Assembly (NCBI RefSeq): GCF_006345805.1
Contig: NW_021832430.1
Location: 62,001-126,000, forward strand
Reading direction: 5' to 3'
Length of the DNA stretch: 64,000 nucleotides
Origin: Octopus sinensis
Taxonomy: Eukaryota
The translations under genes were made by a program, and so were the position numbers. Every line of letters starts with the position of its first letter. The stretch's first letter is position 1. The notes under the pieces are model-generated. The model ran no database searches and was not told the DNA's origin. It saw only the letters and a list, made by a program, of their open reading frames with translations. Shown piece after piece: positions 13,149 to 26,859 of the stretch.

Positions 13149-13699
13149 CCTTTTTTTTTAAAAATGTTGATTTTTAATAGTTTTATGAAAAAGTGAATGG
13201 TGATCTTGTTCTGTATATTTTAGAAAAGTAATTTTTTGAGTTCTATAAAAATCTGGTTGTTGATTCTGCATCTTTTGAGGATACCCATAAAAAATAATTC
13301 CTTTAATTTTAATCTAAATCAGATTAAATAATTCAAATTTTATGATCGTTGACCTATGTCCTAATTAAAAAAACTCTTTTAATCCGAATTAAACTTTGAA
13401 GGACTCTAAAGGTTTCTATGGCGGATTGTTTCTAATTTTAAGAATTAATTAAAGGATTAATTTAATTCGCCTTTGTTCTACTTAATGCTGCTTATTTACA
13501 TATTATTGATATAAAGAATCTATTTATGGTGCTTTCTTCCTTTAATTTTTTTTTTAGTTTCCAGCCAAAGAACATTGTTTTCTTCTATTTATTCTACTAT
13601 TTTTCCGGTACCGTGATTTAGTTTCAAATGGAAATCGTTAATTCTTGTTTATAGACAGACAGAGATAATCGATGGATTTGGTAAATAACAATTATAATA

Positions 13700-13952
13700 T
13701 AGGGCCGCGGCCCTGGCGGAAGCCCGCAAAGTAGAAAAGTGCAAGAATCTTGCCACTCGGCATTCCTTCGTGCCTGTGGCTTTTGAGACATCCGGCGCTT
13801 CCGGTCCGCTGACCTCATGCTTCTTAAAAGACCTCGGTATCCTCATTGCTCGGAAGAAGATGGATGCTCGCGAGTCCTCTTGGTTGAGGCAGAGGATCTC
13901 GCTCGCAATCGTGCGCGGGAACGCTCAAGCAATCCGTTCGGCTAGGCTATAA
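13700..13952 (+). mobile_element. Short 3' fragment of CRE-type retrotransposon
   Basis: FVPVAFETSG...RESSWLRQRISLAIVRGNAQAIRSARL*. Confidence 0.85.
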
Positions 13953-14724
13953 CCCCTGAGTAAATCTATAATTTTAACCTGATTTTTTTCATTACATATA
14001 ATTACACTCAAAAAAAAAATTGGACTTGAATAATCACATAATGTAAAAATACAGATAATTTTATGAAACATTTTTACTGACAATAATGACCTATTTTTTT
14101 GAAATTGGTGAAAATAAATTGTTCTACGTTTTTCACAAAATACTCTTTTGAACTATCTTTATGTCGGAAATTTGGGTATTGTAGGAAAATTGATATTTTC
14201 TTATAGCAATAATTGAAGATATAGAATATGTTCACCAATAGAAACGGATAATTTGAATTTCGTTCATCTCTACCACCGGAAACTTGCTTCCAAAAAAGTT
14301 TGATTTTATTGATTATAAAATATACAGTCATGCTAAAAAAATTCTAAATCGTCTTTGTCCTTATTAATGTGCCAATCTTTGAACATGTCTAAGATGTTTG
14401 GTTAAATTTAATGCTATGACGTATATCCACAGCTAAATCAATTACACGATATTGATTGCGGTTATTGAATAATGATAACATCTTTGTCGATACAGGAATG
14501 ATGTGTTTCGTCGTATAAAAACGATTTTTCATTATTAAAATTACAGTACCTTGCTCTAAAAAGAAGAGCAGGAAGCTTTTTAAAATTTCCACGAATTTCT
14601 TTGCCAATTCTCCGAGCGAACTCTAAATAAAACCCATTCAATTGAAAACTTCAATTAGATTATCAAATGAAAGTTTTATTTTTAAAGTTTATTTTGAAAA
14701 GAAATATGAAAAAGAGAAATTTAA

Positions 14725-16090
14725 TGTAGATTAGTCGCCGAGCGGAGGGATATCCGTTGAAAAGACCAGCTCGTTTTGTGACTGTCATGACTCCTCCTTA
14801 AGATGATTAAACCTATCTCTGAAAGGATTTTGAAATTTTTGAGCTAATTACCCCACTGGTTTCGAAAGCCAGGGGGACGAAGCAAGAAGTGTCGATCAAA
14901 GAAGCATACTTTCCGATTTTCTTAGTTTCATCAAGAGCGGAGGAAGCTCCAGTGCGAGGAGCAGAGTCAATGAATGATGATGAGGAAAACGAGTCAACAC
15001 AGTTTGCATACCATACGAAGGCAATTCCTATCTTGAACGTGAATAATGTAGACTTGTCATTACGTTTTCTGTCACCACGGTCTAGCCCAACTGGTTCTAG
15101 TACTGAAGGGAATCTAACAGGGTTAAGCGCACACTTTACAGCATCATTGAGTGAAGCGTGCCTGGGGAACCTGCCAGCACTGAGGCGACAAGAGAGAGGG
15201 TGTAATCCCCTCCTGTCTATGAGTTTGCCACACCTGCATCATATCGGCCGACGAGATCGGTAACTTATTGAGCCAATCTGCTGAATATGGTTGACAAGCG
15301 CAATTAATACTTGCCAATTGGGATGTCAGCGTGTGAGCGGATAGTTTCAAGTATGTGTGAGCAATAAATATTATCCTAATTCCTTTGAACTAAAAGATTT
15401 TCTGAGATTTTAAGCTCACAAGAAACCCATTCGTTAGCACCTGCAGCATATTCTGACAACTTACACTGTTCAAAAAAGGGAAAGAAAACAGAGTTGCCGA
15501 AATTAGTGGAAGCGGACAACGATGATAGGTAACATGGCAGGGCTAAATCCCTGCAAGAGCGGATACCGATGCCCCCGCAACAAATAGCTAAATTGACACG
15601 CAGTTTGTCGCCAGGTTTAAATTTGAGATTCACCATGAATAGCTTTGGAAACCAGATTATCAAGACGAGATAGGTGTTCTTGCTCGAGAAAGCAGGGCGA
15701 TGAGCGCATAAGAAAAGTATGATAGTTCTTCAGTAAGAAAAGCTCCATATGAGATTAAGTTTGCAAATACGTGAGATAAGGATTTCTATTTCATCTTTCT
15801 TGTCACAGAGAGCCTTCTTATAAGTTTGTCTTTGAATAAACTGCGTAAAGAATTCTACTAAATAAATTGATTTTTATTAAATTTTAAAGCTTTTATCATC
15901 ATGAAAAGCTTGCCCCGCATATCTATCCTTTTTGGACTCCAACCGACTGCTGATCAGGATGATTCTCCAACTCCAAACTGAATCATCTAGAATCACAGAC
16001 ATGGAGCATTCCTGAGCAGAAAGATCGTTACAGGACCATCTGCGAAGATAAATATGAGAGGCTTCTGAACCAATCAAACCAACACAGACG
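14725..16090 (-). mobile_element. Longer degenerate CRE-type retrotransposon
   Basis: Minus-strand GGIGIRSCRDLALPCYLSS, GRFPRHASLN, EPVGLDRGD, VPLAFETSG; a plus-strand fragment of the same family abuts it at 16090-16250. Confidence 0.8.
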
Positions 16091-16299
16091 TGCCTGTCTA
16101 GTAACTGGAAGATGCGAATTGAGTGAAGCTTGGATCAACGCACTCCCCGTTGATAGTGTCGGAACCCATCTTGACGACGATAGTGTCCGCATCGGCATCA
16201 GCACCAGACTTGGACTGGAGATTTGCCGGATTCACAAATGGCGGTGAAGGGAAAACTCGCTAAAATTAAACTACAGCTTGAGCAAGTTCAAACTGCTAG

Positions 16300-17545
16300 C
16301 AAAATGATGACGAAGAAGAAACTCAATTACAAAAAACGTGGCACATTGTACTCATATGACTTCAAAAATCGAAAAAAAAGAGTTCGAGAGGATTGAATCT
16401 TTACTTCGAGATGAGATCAACAGTCATATGCACTTGAAACCGACAAACAAAGAAAGACTTTATCTTCCAAGAAAGGAATTCTGGGAAGACCTGGAGTCAG
16501 TTAGTAATAAAGAGGAGACAATTATCCTTCAATTTTATGGTGATTTGAAACATAAGGCGAACTACTGCCTAAGAAGAGCAGGAATTATACCGGTCATTAA
16601 TTCAAAAAAAACACGCATGGTCACTATCGCAGAATTATTATTTTGTAAATACAATGAAAATGTAAATGAATTGACAATATGGAACTTGATGGAAATCCAA
16701 CGTGAATATTTATGAAGTGCAAAGGCAAAGACTTAAAAAATTGAAAAATAACCCTTTCACACTATTTTTTTCTAATGTATGAAGAATATTGATGTTGACG
16801 TTAATGAGGCTTGCGGGTGGATAGTCCACGGAAACAATTCTCCCCCGGACTGAAGCAAGCTTGTACCTGCTACAAGACCGAAATTTGTTTTTCAATAACG
16901 AAGAGAATAAATGAAGCCACTGCAACTCATCCAAAAAACCTTTGATCACCTTTTCTCCAGATGTAGGCGAATGGTTAACGGGCCCTATCTTAGATGCCAT
17001 AACGAAGTGGTCAAATGCTTGCATCTATGCCGTAATATGGAATTAAAAAGTCGAAAAAATAAAAATTCATTCAGTTCAATCTGTTATAACCAAAGAATTT
17101 ATGAAAATTCGAGTTGACACAAACCTTTCGACTGATAATGCTATCCCTAATAACAAGCCCGAAATATTTTTTCACGACAAATCGAGCAACACAATTACAC
17201 TTATTGAGGTGGGGATTACTTCACAAAATTCAAGCAGGTCAAAGTGGAAAAGTATGCAGGTTATTGGAAAATGAACTGGGAGTGATCCACCGGGCAAAAG
17301 TAAAAATTCTTCCTGTTGTTATGACTTGAGACAGAATTGTGTTAAAATTCTTCAAGAACAATCCGGAGACGCTCGGAGTGGAGAACAGGGTAAAGGCATA
17401 TATCCAGACACTGGTGTTACGGAAAGACCTTAAAGAGCATGCAAGCCGAAACAAAATAAGGGTTATTGATACGTGTTGAGGAGGTACTCTCTGAATCTAG
17501 ACTGCGCGCTGACATCCGTGCAGTGAACGTGGACACTAAGAAGGT
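16300..17545 (+). mobile_element. Degenerate R4/Dong-like RLE non-LTR retrotransposon (3' half)
   Basis: LKPTNKERLYLPRKE, YLRCHNEVVKCLHL, NKPEIF..IEVGIT, ELG..KVKILPVVMT; frameshifted. Clade assignment is tentative. Confidence 0.65.
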
Positions 17546-17717
17546 GAGGTTAATATAACAAAATACTAAAAATTACGAAAACGTAAACTAAAGAACTATT
17601 AATTATTTCACTTTTTATTAACTTGACTAGGAAAAGATTTTGAACAGTTTGTGAAGATTTCAGAAGACTTATTTTATAATTCTTTAAAGTCTTAAAATTA
17701 TTTCTCATTGATTTTAA

Positions 17718-18335
17718 ATACGGCTTGGCATAGAGATTTGCCAGCCGCACCATTGCAGATGTGGACAACTCATTGACAGGAGAGGTTTATACCCTCTCTC
17801 TTGTCGCCTCAGTGCAGGCAGGATTCTCAGGCACGCCTCATTGAACGACGTTGTGAAGCGCGCGCTTAACGCCGCTGGATTCCCCTCGATGTTAGAACCG
17901 ATATGACTAGACCGTGGGGACGGAAAACGCCCTGACGGGTCGACTTTATTCCCGTTCAGGGAGGGAATGGCACTCGTGTGGAATGTTACCTGCGTAGACT
18001 CATTTTTATCAACATCGTTGGTTGACTCCGCTTCTCGTCCTGGATCTGCATCTGCCCTTACCGAATCTAGGAAAACTGCAAAATATAGCTCTTTGACCGA
18101 TACCTGCTGCTTCATTCCTCTGGCTTTCGAGACCAGTGGGATAATTGGACCCAAAGCCCTCAAACTCCTTTCAGAGATTGGTTTAATCATCTCGAGGAGG
18201 AGTCACGATAGTCGTGAAACGAGTTGGCTTTTTCAGCGGATATCGTTCGCGATATTACGTGGAAATTCCCTGTCCATCCGCTCGGCGACTCATCTAATTT
18301 AGTCAACTTCTCTATTTTCTTTGGACCTGAAAAAA
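17718..18335 (+). mobile_element. 5'-truncated CRE-type retrotransposon copy
   Basis: [64 protein letters not shown]; A-tail near 18330. Confidence 0.85.
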
Positions 18336-18893
18336 AATTTTAATTAAACAAAATTAATTTTAGTCTTATCTTTAGATGCAATTTTGTGAAAATTTCTATA
18401 TACCATTATTAAATTATCCATTTAAACATTATTTTCATTACAAAAATTTTCAGATTCTTAAATTTAAAGAAGTCTTATTTAATTTGGACATAGTTTATAT
18501 GCTGCTTGTGGTGTTGTTTCTTACAGAATAAATAATTTATTATGTTCCAAAAAATAATTTTATCCTTTTTGTTCAATTATATAAAAAAATTAATTTTTTG
18601 ATAATTAAATTGATTTTATCAGATTTATTGTTGCATCCCAAAAAAAAGTTATTGAAACAAAAAACATTTTATTGAATTTACGTGTAAAGGTTTTTAAACA
18701 GCGAAATAATTAATTGTAGTTTAATTTTACGTAGAATAAAAAATTTTAAAATTGACTTAATTAAATGCAGTTTTTTGAATTAAAATTACTTTCTTAATTA
18801 ATTCTCAGCATGCAATAATAGCTACAAAAAATTAAATTTACCAGTCCAAACACGAATTTTATAATAAGTTTCAAAATTAAATCAAAAAATCTA

Positions 18894-19760
18894 CTAATTA
18901 CATTGGCATTTTGTTGCAATCAATTTCCTTAAAACTTTCATTTTGAGTCGATTTGATTCCAAATATACAATATTTACATTTTCGAATTCGACTGGTACAC
19001 ATGATGCTTTGTTGTTCAAAATTCTTAAATACACATTTAAAGATAATTGGCGGTTGATGTTTCCCATTGAACATCTTCCCACACATTCTTGAGCCAAATA
19101 TGAACTTGGGGACAAAATCCAATCCCATCCCATTTCAGAAAAACTCACTAATTGGCTTTTTAAACAACATCCAAAGCTTTCGCAGTCATTTTGGGTTGAT
19201 CTTTTGACTCTGTTGTTTTTATGAGAAATAAATTTGACAGAAAAATTCTAAAAATTGAAATTTAAATGACTAAACTGTGACTTTTTTCGAAAAACCAACT
19301 ACTACTCTTCTTTTAGAATCGTTGATTTTTATATTTATTTTTCTGTTATCCGATGTATTTATTTTTTTGGAAAAAATAGAATTAGAATAACTTTTTTTCT
19401 GATCTATTTCGAATACTTTTTCAATATTGTTTTCAGAATTTGATTTAAATTGAAGGAACAATTTCTTAATATTGATATTACTGACATTAAATACCAAATC
19501 ACTAGATTCATCTAGAAAAGTGAAGTTCTAACTATACTTGCAATATTGCTCAATACTTTTGTCTGATCATTAACAAAAAGTGATTTTGCGCCAGGATTAT
19601 GTTTAGATAATATTTTGCGAGCTTTGTTTAAAAATTTAACGTCTATTTCGGGAGGTTTTTCAAGTCCGAGTTTAGTAAGAATTTCTAATTTTTGTGTTTC
19701 GATAAACAACGATTCTTTATATTGAAGAGTAAGGTAAACAAATAAGATAGCTTTCCACAT
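18894..19760 (-). CDS. TGF-beta superfamily ligand (activin/myostatin-like Cys pattern)
   Basis: Signal-like N-terminus and prodomain KLEILTKLGLEKPP. Introns 19512-19537 (26 nt) and 19248-19281 (34 nt). Furin site RVKR; mature domain DCESFGCC..VSFSEMGWDWILSP..Y...C.G.C...SCVP...CQCN*. Confidence 0.9.
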
Positions 19761-20582
19761 TATGTTTTACAAAAACACGCCAAGTTAATATATATAACTC
19801 ATTATCTCGGCATGAAATCACAAACACGGAAAATGATGAGTTCTCGCGATTTTTTGTTATCACATTTCAAGTGAAAACATGTTACATTTTGTATAACTAA
19901 TTATATGTTCACAAGTTTTATTCCAAAATCTCGAAATATAAATATAAGATTAGATTATTTTCTTGTAAGACTTTATTAATGGATAGTAAAATTTAACTAC
20001 TATTATTTGTAATAATATTAGTTTGCACACATCCACAAAAAACTATTGTAATTATTTTCGAGTTCTCACGAACTTTTTATCAAATTTCATCACCTGGAAA
20101 ATGCATTTATAAAATTGTGAATTCCAGCTGTTCGCGACTAAACCACATTACCGACTATTGTCTTATTATCAAGATTTCTAAACTTGGTTATCAATGAGTT
20201 AAAACATCTTAGTTAATTTATAATTTCACATTAAAATTTAACAAGCTATGTATCCACTCTGGAGTCTTCATAGGGACAAGTACCTCTTTATAGACGGTGA
20301 TAAATACTTTTTCTAAAAAAGATTTCGATAAAAGACGAGCACAAAATAACCATCATTTTCTATAAGCTTTTTAACAATTATCTTGAAAAATGGCAAAACT
20401 TTCAAGAGCATATCTGTTAGCAGATGCTGGATACCTATTGAAAAATAAAAAATACAACTTGACTGAGAATTTATTATATGGACTAGAAACGGCAATGCAA
20501 AATTTAACTAGAATAGTTGTTTTTAATAGTATCTATTTTGTTTTCTATATAAGCAATTAATATTATTGTATTAATAATAAGA

Positions 20583-21873
20583 TTAGGAAAAAAGGTCAGT
20601 TTCTAGTTCTGTTCGGATACCAAGAAGGGGCATAGTAGGATTCGTATTCAAACTAATTTCTTTTCTGTGCCTAAAAAACTCCCGTGCCATGAAATTAAAC
20701 ATATTTATATTACTTTTTCGAATTGACTAGTCAGAAAATTTAGATATATCAATGTCGTGTATACGTCAAAAAGACGATTAGGAGACGAACCATTTATTTC
20801 ATTGAAAAAATTTAAAATACTTGTCAGAATTACCTCTGACTCAACTGACTCGTTTTTATCTAAAAATATTAAAGTTTTTATTTGCCTATTTTTATTATTT
20901 TGTTGACATCTAGTTTTGCTGCGACGTTTATTTTTTGAATTCTTATTTCTTCTTCGTACCAAGTCGAATATAGTTCATCGAATCGAGTGTGTAATATATA
21001 TACAACCAGAAAAAATATAAATTGTAAAACTTTGTGGTATATCGAAGCCGATACATCCAATTGTTTTTTTGCTTCGAATACGCGTGCAAGATTAAAGTAT
21101 CCCCCAATGGTCAAAATGCTATTTTGATGAGAATCCAAAGAAGCATAAAAAATCTACAAACGTCACTCCTCTAAGGAAAATACGTCTTTCGAGAAGGCTG
21201 TCAATGCGTTTTCATATTTCTTTTTTTCCAAATAAAAAAGACCAAAATTTCTAAACATTTTCGATTTGAGGAGATTCGGAGTATTGCTGTTTTTCATAAC
21301 AATCCATTTAGCTTGCGACAAATAATTTTCTATCTGCGCCATCTTTTTTAAACCTTAAAATTAAAAGCTATGTCTGACCTATGCTTGCTTCACTGAGAAT
21401 TAGGTAAGAAGAAATCAACCCAATGCTCTCCATTCCATTAAGGTCGACATCTAATTTCAAAGCTTGGATTGCAGCAGCCGTCGCCTCGTTATATTTTTTT
21501 TCAAAAATGTATTTTTGTGCCTCTTTCATACACATCTGTAACATGTTTTGCTGACCAAGTGAATCTTAGATTTTACCTTTAATTCAATTATTTTATTTTT
21601 ATATTCCATTCGTTCACGCTCCATTATGAAAAATGGTACCGGAGACCGAACTTGCTCAATTTTATCGCACATTTTTTCATGAACTCCATTAAAATCAGCC
21701 TCCAAGTGTTCGCTACAGCTGACAATGTATTTTATTACAAAAGTTCACCAATAAAATGCGAATTTGCACTTTTTACATTGAAGATGAGCTTCCCTCTGAC
21801 ATAGTTCACAAAAATATTTCCGTTCTTTTGAAAATGCAAGAGGATAGACCACTTTCCCGCGACTTGCAGTCAT
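20583..21873 (-). CDS. ZMYND12: Zinc finger MYND domain protein 12
   Basis: N-terminus VVYPLAFSKERKYFCELCQREAHLQCKKCKFAFY..SEHLEADFNGVHEKMC resembles ZMYND12; TPR-like region includes TIGGYFNLARVF. Multi-intron; 3' end approximate. Confidence 0.8.
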
Positions 21874-22912
21874 TATTGTAAACTTAATAATCAGTCACCA
21901 TGGAAACTAATTATGAGATTTTTTTAAACTATAATTAAAAAATTGATTTTTATTCTGAAATATCACTACATTTTTCGAAATATAGATTTTAATGTTTCTT
22001 TAGTCTTTTAACCCAAAATTCGAATTTTAAAAGATTTTTATTTGATAGAAAAATTTTAATCAAATAAATCATTAACAAATTTTGTTTCCTCCTTTTTGCG
22101 TTCGATCAGCCTCCTTTTGCTAGACTCATGAAGCGGGATACAGCGTACGTATGCTCGACAGGTTCTACTGATGTCTCGTAGTGGCTAATTCATCCATTCA
22201 GTCGCTAATTGATTTCCCCAATTACCAAGACATAGGCACGAGTTGAATATTAGATTATTAGGGAGTTTTGGCAGTGCTGGTAAAATTTTGCTACTATTTC
22301 ATACATGTGGGAATTAGATAAAATTTGATAAACTAGACATTTCATGATTACTTACTGTTAGGACTGAAAATTTATAAAATAGTTCGATTTATAGAATAGA
22401 ATAGTTTTTTATTGTTCAAGAAAAACCAAAGCTTCAAAAACAAGAAAAGATCATTAACGGAGAGATAAAAAAAAACAAAGCACAAAAGTGTCTCTTTCCA
22501 TGTTAACCCCAATTATAATTACATAACATAACTTTTCTCCAGGACTATCCGGATCGTTCTTGCAAGTCTTCTAGCCACCTGTCAAGTTATACTCCACAAG
22601 CCAGTTTCAATGCAAAAAATTCGACTTTTTAAAGATCTTTAAAACGCCTTGTCTTTTTGAGGACTGGGTGTACACACGTTCTTTATACGTAGATGTACGT
22701 TTCCGGACCCAGATAGAACCTGGTTAGGCTTTTAAGGATCCGTACACTCGTTTTCGTTTGATTTTCTAAGTGATCGACGTACGTGCCACGAAAGTTGAAA
22801 AATACTCCAAGATAGAGTAACTTTAGATCACAAAATATTTTAATAATACTTTTTAATAAATTAAATTTTTTGAATATTAAAAATAATAAACTATTTTAGT
22901 AGCTGTTGTTTA

Positions 22913-23894
22913 ATGACTCGTCATGGTAAGAATGCAACTGCAAATTCGGTTTATTCCTACTACGAAAAGAAGAAAGATTCAAAAGCGTCGGGATATGGAT
23001 CTCAAACAATGCGAATGAGTAAATATTCCATGAAAGTCTAAGCTTATATATACTAAAAATAGGACTTTGATTGCTGCTGTCTTACTCTTCAGCCCTGTGT
23101 CCATCCAATGATCACGTAATAATGAAATTTACTAATTCCCCAGTCCCGATGGCTACATATATGAAAAGGAGGCCATTCTTCAATATATAATAAACTCAAA
23201 AAGAGAAATTGAACGGAAAACTAAAGAATGGCATCAATGGAGGGACGATGAAGCCAAAAAAGTTAAAAAAGAAAAAATCAAACAGCTCGAACAAACAAAA
23301 AGGAAATATGCCGATACAGAGTTATCGATTGCCAGTAAGCCATCAAAAATACGGAATGTCTCCACCACGGAAAACGAGGTTTTGTCCTGTTTCTGGATCC
23401 CGTCTCTAACTCCGGAATGCAAGCAAACACCTCCCGAACCTCCAGTAGTGTTAATATTCAATTTGTAGTCAAAAATTGTTAAATGTCCAATGAGTGGGAA
23501 ATCTTTGAAATTCAAGGACCTTTTAGAGATCAAATTTGAACGTCCAAAAGGAACTAATTCTACAAATCTGGCGGCATCAACTGATCGTTGGATATGTCCT
23601 GTCACTGGCGATTATTTGGGGAATTCTGTTCCGTGTGGAGTCTTAAAGACATCGTACTTCGATTTTTATTATGAACAGGGGAATCGTGATGAAGATGGAA
23701 TCTATAAACACCGTTATGAAGACTGATAAAAGGGATCCAATTAATGGAAAGCTGATTCAACCAACAGATGTTATCCAACTTAAAAAAGTGGAATTTTAGT
23801 GCTTATTCTGTTTTAGGGATCTTCGGGTTTTAGTACTACTGGAGACGAGTCTCTCAGTGCGGTGTTTAAGAATGTTCCAATGCAGTCATTTTGA
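22913..23894 (+). CDS. NOSIP: Nitric oxide synthase-interacting protein
   Basis: MTRHGKNATANSVY..SGYG..DFDCCCLTLQPC..PDGYIYEKEAILQYI..FWIPSLTP..CPMSGKSLKFKDL..CPVT. Introns 23036-23062, 23116-23143, 23445-23468, 23654-23678, 23788-23816. Confidence 0.93.
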
Positions 23895-24689
23895 TTAACC
23901 TTTAATTTAAAATTAGAAATTATTTTCACTTTTCTTTCTGTTCGTTATGATTTAAATGAATATTTTTTTCAGGTACGGGTGTCAAATAAGTGGCTAAAAC
24001 ACGTAGTTCCTGTATGTTTATTAGTATATTATAATTGTGGTTTAAAATTGAAAAAGGGAACAATACACCAAGGAGTGAAGCTTTGTATTGCCTCTCGTAA
24101 GATTGAAACTTTTTTCTTGAAGTGGAGTGCTGTGTGATTATTAAAAAAATAAGAAAACAGTAGATTACATGATTACGCAGTGCAGCAGAATGCTATACAG
24201 TGACTATGTGAGAAGGCACAAATAAGTTGTAAAATGAATCCATTTGCAGGTTTACAGACAAACTGGGTAGTTAAAATCTTATTCGTTACAATCTAATTTA
24301 TCTAGCCAAAATTTCAAGATAAAGGTGGATATGTTACAGGCAAATTCATTAATCCGGAAATTACCATAATGAATTTAAATTCTCCATCGGGTTGAGTTTG
24401 CACATCAATTAAATCGACTTAGCTTCTTGAATTAAATTGTTCCTTTGAATAGGTTTAATTACAAGTCTTTTCTTAGGAATTTTCGCTTTTTTCTTGGGAA
24501 AATTCTAATATTCAGTAATACTAAAATTTGATTTTTTCGATTAGATTTTGTAAATTTTTAAGATTTTTTGGTAAAAAGAGATTGTTGAATTTCAAATCCA
24601 GACGTCTAACTATTTTATACACTTATAACCTGATTAAATTAACATTAATTCATGGGAATTAACATAATTAATGACTTTGCCCGTAACAG

Positions 24690-25059
24690 ATACATTAACA
24701 TTGACAGATACTCAAGTTCAATATCTTTATCTATGACAAGTTGAAGAATGAGATTTCCATAATTGAGGTGGAAATTACATCAAAGGAGAGACTTAAGAAA
24801 ACTGAAGTGGAAAAATTACATAAATAAGATCTGGGTGGAGAACTAATGATACTTTACGGGGCACCTGTGAAGATTATTCCAATTTTGCTGACATATGACG
24901 GGGTGCTTTCAAAGTGTTATAAAGCCTATATGGAAAAATTATCAGTACAAGGCCCAACGAGAACATACATTCATGCATTTGTGATTAAGAAGATAATAGA
25001 AAGCATGGTGGCGGAGCATAGGATTGGGATTCATGCGTCTCAAGAAGAAGTCATTACGG
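24690..25059 (+). mobile_element. R4/Dong-like RLE 3' fragment (host of a hAT insertion)
   Basis: IIEVEIT..EVEK..K.DL..ELMILYGAPVKIIPILLTYDGVL; same family as 16300-17545. Confidence 0.6.
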
Positions 25060-26302
25060 CAAGGGTGGCCAACTTTTTTCACCGGCGAGCTACTTTTCAT
25101 ATTGCAATTTTTTGGCGATCGAATTATATATTCTAACAACAAAATTTTTATTTTACAATTAAAAGTTAATAGGATTTTTGGCATTGTAATTCTCTTGCGA
25201 TTATTTCGAATTCTGGCTCATATGAGCTTAGTCCTATTCTCATGCAATCCGCAAGTTAACCGTTAAACGGGCCCTGTACTGAGATTTGTTCATTTTCATG
25301 CTTGAAAATGATGTTTTGCAGAAATATGTGCTTCCAAAGCATGAAAGAATTCGTTGATACGAATCAATCAATATTGGATATTTTTCTGGAGATATAAATC
25401 TCCACATGTCGACATTATAATGTGATTTTAAAATGACACCATTTTTTAGATTTATAATTTCTATTTCACTATGTCTTGGTTCAGCGTTAAAAATCTTTTT
25501 TAATTCTTCTGAAACATTTTTCGATGTCTTTCTCCATGAGCGGAGAAGCTAAGAAACTGCATAATATTGTAATTTTCTTGAAATCGCTAAATCTGTGTTT
25601 AAACTCATTCATTATATTTTTAGTACCATTGCAAATTCATTGAGATAATGATTTTTATCGGCAAGTTGTTTGTGAATTCATCTTCAATCTTAAAATAATT
25701 TTAACGGTAGTCTGCATAACAGTTAAAATTTAACACTTTCCCACATAAGGCATGTTGGTGAATGATGCAATGATATGTTAAAAAAATTCGGGAAATGAAC
25801 ATCTTTCCGCAAAATGCAATAGATCGATTTTGATTTCCGATCATTGCAGGGGCTCCATCTGTTGTTATGGATACAAGTTTCTTCATTAACGGTAATAATT
25901 CCCATGATAACAAAAACTTTTTGAAAGAATTATAAATATTTTTGCCAGTTGTTCTTTCTTTCAAAGGTATGATAGCAAATAACTCTTTTTTCAGTTAGAT
26001 CATTGAAGACTAAACTGGAAAATACACATAGCTGAACAATATCAATCGCATCGTTTGATTCGTCAAATTGTAGAGAAAAATATGAACACACCTGCAGATC
26101 CTTTTTTAATTGCAATAAAAGATTTTTAGAAATACTTTCAGTCTTTCTGACCCAGACTGTTTTGAGAGTGGCAGGTTTTTAATATAATTTGACACATGCG
26201 AAAAAATAACTTTATTATTGGTAATTATTTTTTATAATAGTTTAAATACAAAAATATAATTAGCAATTTATATATCGAAGATCGACTGGTCGGCCATCTC
26301 TG
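25060..26302 (-). mobile_element. Internally deleted hAT (GTF2IRD2/SPIN-like)
   Basis: 8-bp TSD CATTACGG (25052-25059 and 26303-26310); imperfect TIRs CAAGGGTGGCCAAC / CAGAGATGGCCGAC. Remnants FSLQFDES.D..D..QL, SITTDGAPAM.G, YHCIIHQHALC. Confidence 0.88.
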
Positions 26303-26859
26303 CATTACGGAAACCAGCAAGTTGATTGAAATTATAAACAAATTTTGCGAAGACCCCTCGGATAAAACAAATGAGCAAATTATTAATGATTTGGAGCTTA
26401 AATGTACAAATAGTGAGTTAGTGAATAGTTCTCTCAGAGGAAAAAAATTTTCGGAGACCAGGATAAATGAATTTTTGGTTTAGTTGTTAATTGTTGCTTT
26501 AAAATAATCAGTGAGATCATTTCTTTTACGTAATTTAAAACAAGTTTTTACGTAATCGATTTATCGCTTAATTTTTTAAAATTTGCATTTTTATTTTTTA
26601 AACGCTTGTTAGCTCATAGAAGGAGTTAATACATGTCATATTTTATTGATTTCTCAATCAATTCCTAAAAAATTATTCACAACTATTAATATAAATACAT
26701 TTAGCAACATATTGCAATATACAATAGCTTGTGTCGCACAATTAGTGTAATTTATAATGATAAAAACGTATAATAATTATGATGAATCACCTGTTGGGAT
26801 ATTTCATAATTACTGTCTATAGCATTCAAAATGAAATTAAGAAAACAGGTTTAAAATAA

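Noticed and set aside
14074-14620. Possible minus-strand gene fragment
   Set aside because: No recognisable homology or consistent exon chain.
22080-22830. GC-richer patches between ZMYND12 and NOSIP as an ncRNA
   Set aside because: No convincing structure or motif; more likely decayed repeat.
23960-24400. Small spliced ORF downstream of NOSIP
   Set aside because: One plausible intron, but no start codon or homology could be supported.
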